Part shown: positions 60,556 to 64,000 of the stretch, piece by piece | Numbering within the stretch: the stretch's first letter is position 1 | Layout: every line of letters starts with the position of its first letter | IMG/VR virus record: IMGVR_UViG_3300020119_000126 | Span: 26,157-90,156 of that record | Source of the DNA: a virus | Reading direction: 5' to 3' (one strand) | DNA length: 64,000 nucleotides | Notes under the pieces: generated by a model | Database searches by the model: none | The model's input: the letters and a program-made list of their open reading frames with translations, nothing else | What the model was told of the DNA's origin: nothing | Made by a program: the position numbers and the translations under genes

Positions 60556-61137
60556 ATGAATCTACTCAACGACACAGAAATCAAAATGCTGCATGAAGAT
60601 GGCGAATGGATGATTAACCCATTCGTGCCACACGCAGTTCGGCGTACCGAAAATGGTGAATGCGTGAGCTATGGCTTAAGCAGCGTTGGCTATGATATTC
60701 GTCTAAGCGAGGAGTTCAAGCGTCCTCTGGACCGTGTTTCAGAAGGCTACTTTCGACCTGTTCTCGACCCGCATTTTCCTGGGAATGTCGAATGGAAGCT
60801 AGAAACACATCAGAACCTTGTGCTTCAAGCTGGTGAGATGATCCTTTGTGCAAGCCTTGAGTATTTCAACATGCCCTTGGACGTGGTCGGTATCTGTTTA
60901 GGTAAGTCTACCTATGCCAGACTGGGGTTGTTTGTGAACGTTACCCCGCTAGAGCCTGGCTGGAAGGGTCAACTGACAATGGAGCTATCCAACATTGGAC
61001 ACGTTCCACTCATGATTTATGCCAAGGAAGGCATTGCACAGCTATTGTTCTTCCGGGTGAACAGGCCACAGACTACCTATGCCGACAAGAAGGGCAAATA
61101 TCAGGGTCAGACAGGTGTAACCACTGCTCGACTATAG
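60556..61137 (+). CDS. dcd: dCTP deaminase
   Basis: 'SYGLSSVGYDIRL', 'GKSTYARLG', 'TPLEPGWKGQLTME' and 'KYQGQ'. Confidence 0.95.
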   Translation: MNLLNDTEIKMLHEDGEWMINPFVPHAVRRTENGECVSYGLSSVGYDIRLSEEFKRPLDRVSEGYFRPVLDPHFPGNVEWKLETHQNLVLQAGEMILCASLEYFNMPLDVVGICLGKSTYARLGLFVNVTPLEPGWKGQLTMELSNIGHVPLMIYAKEGIAQLLFFRVNRPQTTYADKKGKYQGQTGVTTARL

Positions 61138-61309
61138 CTCCCAAAGGAGCTTATGACATTACTAGGATACCTGACCTGGCTTCTGGCTTCGGGCTTCTTA
61201 TGGAAGCTAAGCCATGAAGCCCAATATTTCATCGGAAGACAGGCGTATGTAGGGTACATATGCTCTGGCTTTATGTTCGCCTTGACCCTATTAGACATGG
61301 CAGGAAGAT

Positions 61310-62119
61310 ATGCTGGCAGATAACACTGGGAAAGCCTACTATAAAATCCTGGGCGATGATTATGGCTACGTCGCTCTTGAAGGAACATTGCCTGATCCTT
61401 TGCGTGGCTTTACCCTGGATGACTGGGTCACCAAAGGCGCACGAGTCTCTTACCGTGGCAAGTCCAGAGATAAAGATGCTGACGCTGGCCTCATCAAGCG
61501 CCTCATCTTGCATGACCATTCTTCTCCCTCAGAACAGCCACATATGACCTTCAGCGTCCGGGCACCCATGGCAATCATTGTCCATATGCTCCGGCACCGC
61601 TCCTTCCATGTGAATGGCGAAAGCTCCCGCTTCAAGGCAGTCAAGGACGAACAGTATGTGCCCAAGCAGTGGCGCAAACAGTCCCTGACCAACAAGCAGT
61701 TGTCAGACCGTGGCGTGGAAGCTGATGCCAATGACCTGTTGAGTATTCAGTCTCGCCGCAACTTTGCCAATACCTACAGTCTATATCAGACCATGCTCAG
61801 CCAGGAAGTAGGCCGCGAACAGGCCAGATTGGTGTTACCCACTGATGCAATGTACAAATCCTATGTTTTCACCGTTGACCTGCGCAATTTCCTGCACTTC
61901 ATCGGTCTGCGTGCGGCATCAGATGCTCAACCCGAAACGCAGTCCTACGCCTGCGCCATGTACTGGCTTATCGCTCCAATGGCCCCCCTTACCTGTGGTG
62001 CCTGGCGAGAGCGGCTTATTAGCAACGATCCGAAATTTGACCGAAGCAGTGTTGGGATCAACCTTGATACTTGGAAGCGAGAACATGGCGAACCAGAACC
62101 CGCTCGACACAGTGATTGA
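61310..62119 (+). CDS. thyX: FAD-dependent thymidylate synthase
   Basis: 'ARVSY', 'HSSPSE', 'RHRSFHVNGESSRF', 'REQARLVLP' and 'AQPE'. Confidence 0.9.
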   Translation: MLADNTGKAYYKILGDDYGYVALEGTLPDPLRGFTLDDWVTKGARVSYRGKSRDKDADAGLIKRLILHDHSSPSEQPHMTFSVRAPMAIIVHMLRHRSFHVNGESSRFKAVKDEQYVPKQWRKQSLTNKQLSDRGVEADANDLLSIQSRRNFANTYSLYQTMLSQEVGREQARLVLPTDAMYKSYVFTVDLRNFLHFIGLRAASDAQPETQSYACAMYWLIAPMAPLTCGAWRERLISNDPKFDRSSVGINLDTWKREHGEPEPARHSD

Positions 62120-62378
62120 CCGTCTGAGAACTGTCTTAGAGGGTCGCGAAGGAAACTTCCAAGACCCCACCGAGATGTTCAACCGGATAGCCAAGGCGTG
62201 GGAAGCATATAAAGGAGTCCCTTTTAATGCTTTTGATGCAGCTATCATGATTGAACTGTTCAAGATCGTGCGTATGGGGGTATCATACAAACCTGACCAT
62301 GCTGATGATCAGGTCAACTATGGCTTACTCAGTTTAGTCATCAAAGAATTGGAACCTAGCAATGACACTACCGAATGA
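62085..62378 (+). CDS. DUF6378-like small helical protein
   Basis: 'F.RIA..W..Y......D.AIM....K..R.....DH..D..NY' pattern. Confidence 0.6.
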   Translation: MANQNPLDTVIDRLRTVLEGREGNFQDPTEMFNRIAKAWEAYKGVPFNAFDAAIMIELFKIVRMGVSYKPDHADDQVNYGLLSLVIKELEPSNDTTE

Positions 62379-62595
62379 AGTAGTTACCGCTTTACAGGCT
62401 ATTCGTGAAACAGGTCAAGTCAATATGCTGGACCGCGAAGCTGTCATCTCCTTCATGGGCCATGCCAGCCATGAGGCTGCTATCCTACGCGAGACTGACC
62501 CTAATGAATGGTCAACCATCATCATCGAGACTGTCCAGCCGGACAAACCCAAGCAGCGTGGCCGCAAAAAGAAGCTTGACGAAACCGAAGAATAG
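62362..62595 (+). CDS. DUF5049-like protein
   Basis: 'AIRETGQVNMLDREAV' motif. Confidence 0.55.
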   Translation: MTLPNEVVTALQAIRETGQVNMLDREAVISFMGHASHEAAILRETDPNEWSTIIIETVQPDKPKQRGRKKKLDETEE

Positions 62596-62604
62596 CGTTA
62601 CACT
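62576..62604 (+). promoter_or_regulatory. Sigma70-type promoter TTGACG-N17-TACACT, probably giving a leaderless transcript
   Basis: -10 element ends 7 nt before ATG 62612; no SD. Confidence 0.55.
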
Positions 62605-62611
62605 TATTCAC

Positions 62612-62896
62612 ATGGTCGGAGAGAAACCTTGCACTCGTTGTGGGTATAGCTACCCCAACGATAATGAACACTTCTCCTACACTAGCTCACGAGGGGTCAG
62701 GTATTTGCGAAGCATCTGCAAGCCCTGTCAGGCTCTCGACAGCGCCGCACATTACCAACAGAATAAGCAAAAGCTCAAAGCTCAACATGTAGAATACAAC
62801 CGGCGCTACCGCGCCGAGCATCGTGACGCCTATAACTTCAAGAACAGACAGTATCGCCAGCGGAAGTCGTGGGCAGACGCAGAAGGATCAGAATGA
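62612..62896 (+). CDS. Zinc-ribbon protein resembling the N-terminal module of phage HNH/EndoVII nucleases
   Basis: CTRC...F.......RSICKPC followed by a basic helix; no HNH catalytic domain. Confidence 0.55.
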   Translation: MVGEKPCTRCGYSYPNDNEHFSYTSSRGVRYLRSICKPCQALDSAAHYQQNKQKLKAQHVEYNRRYRAEHRDAYNFKNRQYRQRKSWADAEGSE

Positions 62897-63132
62897 AACT
62901 CAGAGTTATCTTCCATGATAATACAATACGAGACTTCCAAGTCAACGGTCAAGTAGAGCTTGACCAAGTCTATGAAATGGTCAGACGGCAGCCTGCCCCT
63001 ATGCAAGAGTACACTCGTGGTACAGGGTACAGCCAGGAAATGCTAACCTTCAAGTACAATGATGGCAAAGACTTCGCCTGTATCAATATGGGTACAGTCA
63101 AAGCCATCCTCACCGTTCGAGATGACTGTTAG
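62893..63132 (+). CDS. Hypothetical protein
   Basis: ATGA overlap; AAGGA SD. Confidence 0.55.
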   Translation: MKLRVIFHDNTIRDFQVNGQVELDQVYEMVRRQPAPMQEYTRGTGYSQEMLTFKYNDGKDFACINMGTVKAILTVRDDC

Positions 63133-63240
63133 TGAATAATGAGCGGGTCGAAGTGTAAGGGTTACCAAGCGAAAATGACCGCAACCCCTTGTGCTAAACG
63201 GTCACCAGTGTCCCTCGCACATAACCTTATCCGCTCTTAT

Positions 63241-63312
63241 TGTCAGATAGCTCAAAGGCCGAGCGCGGTGCTGTTAACACCGGAGATGTAGGTTCGAGTC
63301 CTACTCTGACAG
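63241..63312 (+). tRNA. tRNA-Asn(GTT)
   Basis: Acceptor TGTCAGA/TCTGACA; anticodon arm CGGTG-CTGTTAA-CACCG; T arm GTAGG-TTCGAGT-CCTAC; G73; no encoded CCA. Confidence 0.9.
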
Positions 63313-63546
63313 CTAGAGGTATGCGATTGCAAGCGCTATCCTTGAACGCGGGGGTTTATCCCTTCCACGTTAGGCACGCAGTATTCCCAACTATGCGACC
63401 CATCCATGCTGGTTGCGCTGAGGGAAGGGCTAGAGGTCATGGTGATGTGCGCCCTACTGCTACGACCTGTAGGGGCTGACCCCCTAGACCAAAAGAGGTC
63501 AGAGATTGTTCTGGCAGTCTTAATCGTAAAACCAAGACTGCACTAT

Positions 63547-63617
63547 CCTGCTCAAGCTGACTGGAAGGCAAGTGCCTGTAGAGCACTCGGTACATAGTTC
63601 GATTCTATGGAGCAGGA
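63547..63617 (+). tRNA. Atypical tRNA-Tyr(GTA): C1:G72, short variable loop
   Basis: Acceptor CCTGCTC/GAGCAGG with A73; anticodon arm AGTGC-CTGTAGA-GCACT; T arm CATAG-TTCGATT-CTATG. Confidence 0.7.
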
Positions 63618-63746
63618 CTTGACCTGGTGAAGCCATGTCAATCTCCCTATGGGAAGACTTCATGAAGCTAAACCATCAGCCCTAGTTATAAAAGCTCTAG
63701 GGTAGCAGCACTGGTAATGATGGCTAGGAGTTTAAGCTGCTTCAGA

Positions 63747-63819
63747 CCTTCTGTAGCTCACTTGGATAGAGCATCAGGCGAAAGCCTGAAGGATGCAGGT
63801 TCGAATCCTGCCAGAAGGT
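63747..63819 (+). ncRNA. tRNA-like RNA with the anticodon loop replaced by a GAAA tetraloop
   Basis: Perfect acceptor (CCTTCTG/CAGAAGG), D arm and T arm; anticodon arm is TCAGGC-GAAA-GCCTGA. Confidence 0.75.
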
Positions 63820-64000
63820 TTTGGTAGATGAGGTATCTTGGTGTAAGGCATCGTCTGTGCAGTAGATACCATCCGTCGCACCTACTGTTAATAGCTACAA
63901 TGTGGTCGCACAACCTAGTAGCGGGTCGCGCTTTGAAATAACGGTTAAAGCCTGAACTCATCTATCTAAGGTCAGGATAACCTCGTGGGGGTCATGACCC

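Larger units (their letters stand above)
4738..60651. repeat. Dispersed 14-bp palindrome TTCGGCNNGCCGAA (11 exact and at least 4 single-mismatch copies)
   Basis: Exact copies at 4738, 10851, 13920, 19513, 33521, 37959, 39642, 42017, 48614, 52804, 56680; single-mismatch copies at 21786, 27239, 55154, 60638. Confidence 0.9.

Noticed and set aside
4738-60651. Palindrome copies as a CRISPR array, REP/MITE elements or terminators
   Set aside because: Copies are only 14 bp, kilobases apart, share no flanking sequence, have a 2-nt centre and mostly lack U-tracts.
63159-63230. HDV-like (theta) ribozyme next to the tRNAs
   Set aside because: GTG-TCCCTCG-CAC and a GGGTTA/TAACCT helix resemble P3/L3 and P1, but the GG needed for P1.1 and the P4/J4-2 elements are missing. 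The similar CCT-TCCACGTT-AGG at ~63361 lacks a P1.
63240-63961. Short ORFs 63240..63479, 63406..63597 and 63758..63961
   Set aside because: They overlap tRNA and structured RNA sequences and are not protein-like.
1-64000. Genome-wide reassignment of a stop codon
   Set aside because: TAA, TAG and TGA all terminate clearly complete genes (for example rnhA TAA, dcd TAG, thyX TGA), and coding density is high under code 11. Only partial or contextual readthrough is tenable.
63136-64000. Dedicated suppressor tRNA (TTA/CTA/TCA anticodon) or tmRNA
   Set aside because: None was found in the visible part; the cluster appears to continue past the window edge.
1-64000. Prophage boundaries, integrase or host genes
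   Set aside because: No integrase, att-like junction or bacterial housekeeping synteny is seen; rnhA, ssb, dcd and thyX sit among phage-type small ORFs.

Overview
This 64 kb window is part of a tailed dsDNA phage genome (siphovirus-like; host not determinable from the sequence) with two divergent arms that meet at about 36.3 kb. The minus strand (1-36.3 kb) carries the virion module: large terminase, portal, scaffold, N4-gp56-like major capsid, head-tail connectors, tail tube, frameshifted tail chaperones, a 3997-aa tape-measure protein, tail tip and fibre genes, and a double C39-type peptidase. The plus strand (36.4-64 kb) carries many small early and middle genes, an 819-aa candidate two-barrel RNA polymerase, RNase HI, a WGR-PARP, SSB, AlkB, dCTP deaminase, ThyX and a terminal tRNA/ncRNA cluster. 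Four features stand out. (1) The tape measure protein has an N-terminal two-barrel RNA polymerase signature followed by an M41-like metallopeptidase, and a second candidate RNAP is encoded separately. (2) A 14-bp palindrome, TTCGGCNNGCCGAA, recurs every few kb across the window, inside and between genes. (3) Two tail genes are each interrupted by a single in-frame TAA. (4) The tRNA cluster includes one tRNA-like gene with its anticodon loop replaced by a GAAA tetraloop and a tRNA-Tyr with archaeal/eukaryotic-type identity elements. All assignments come from motif reading by eye; no database searches were run.
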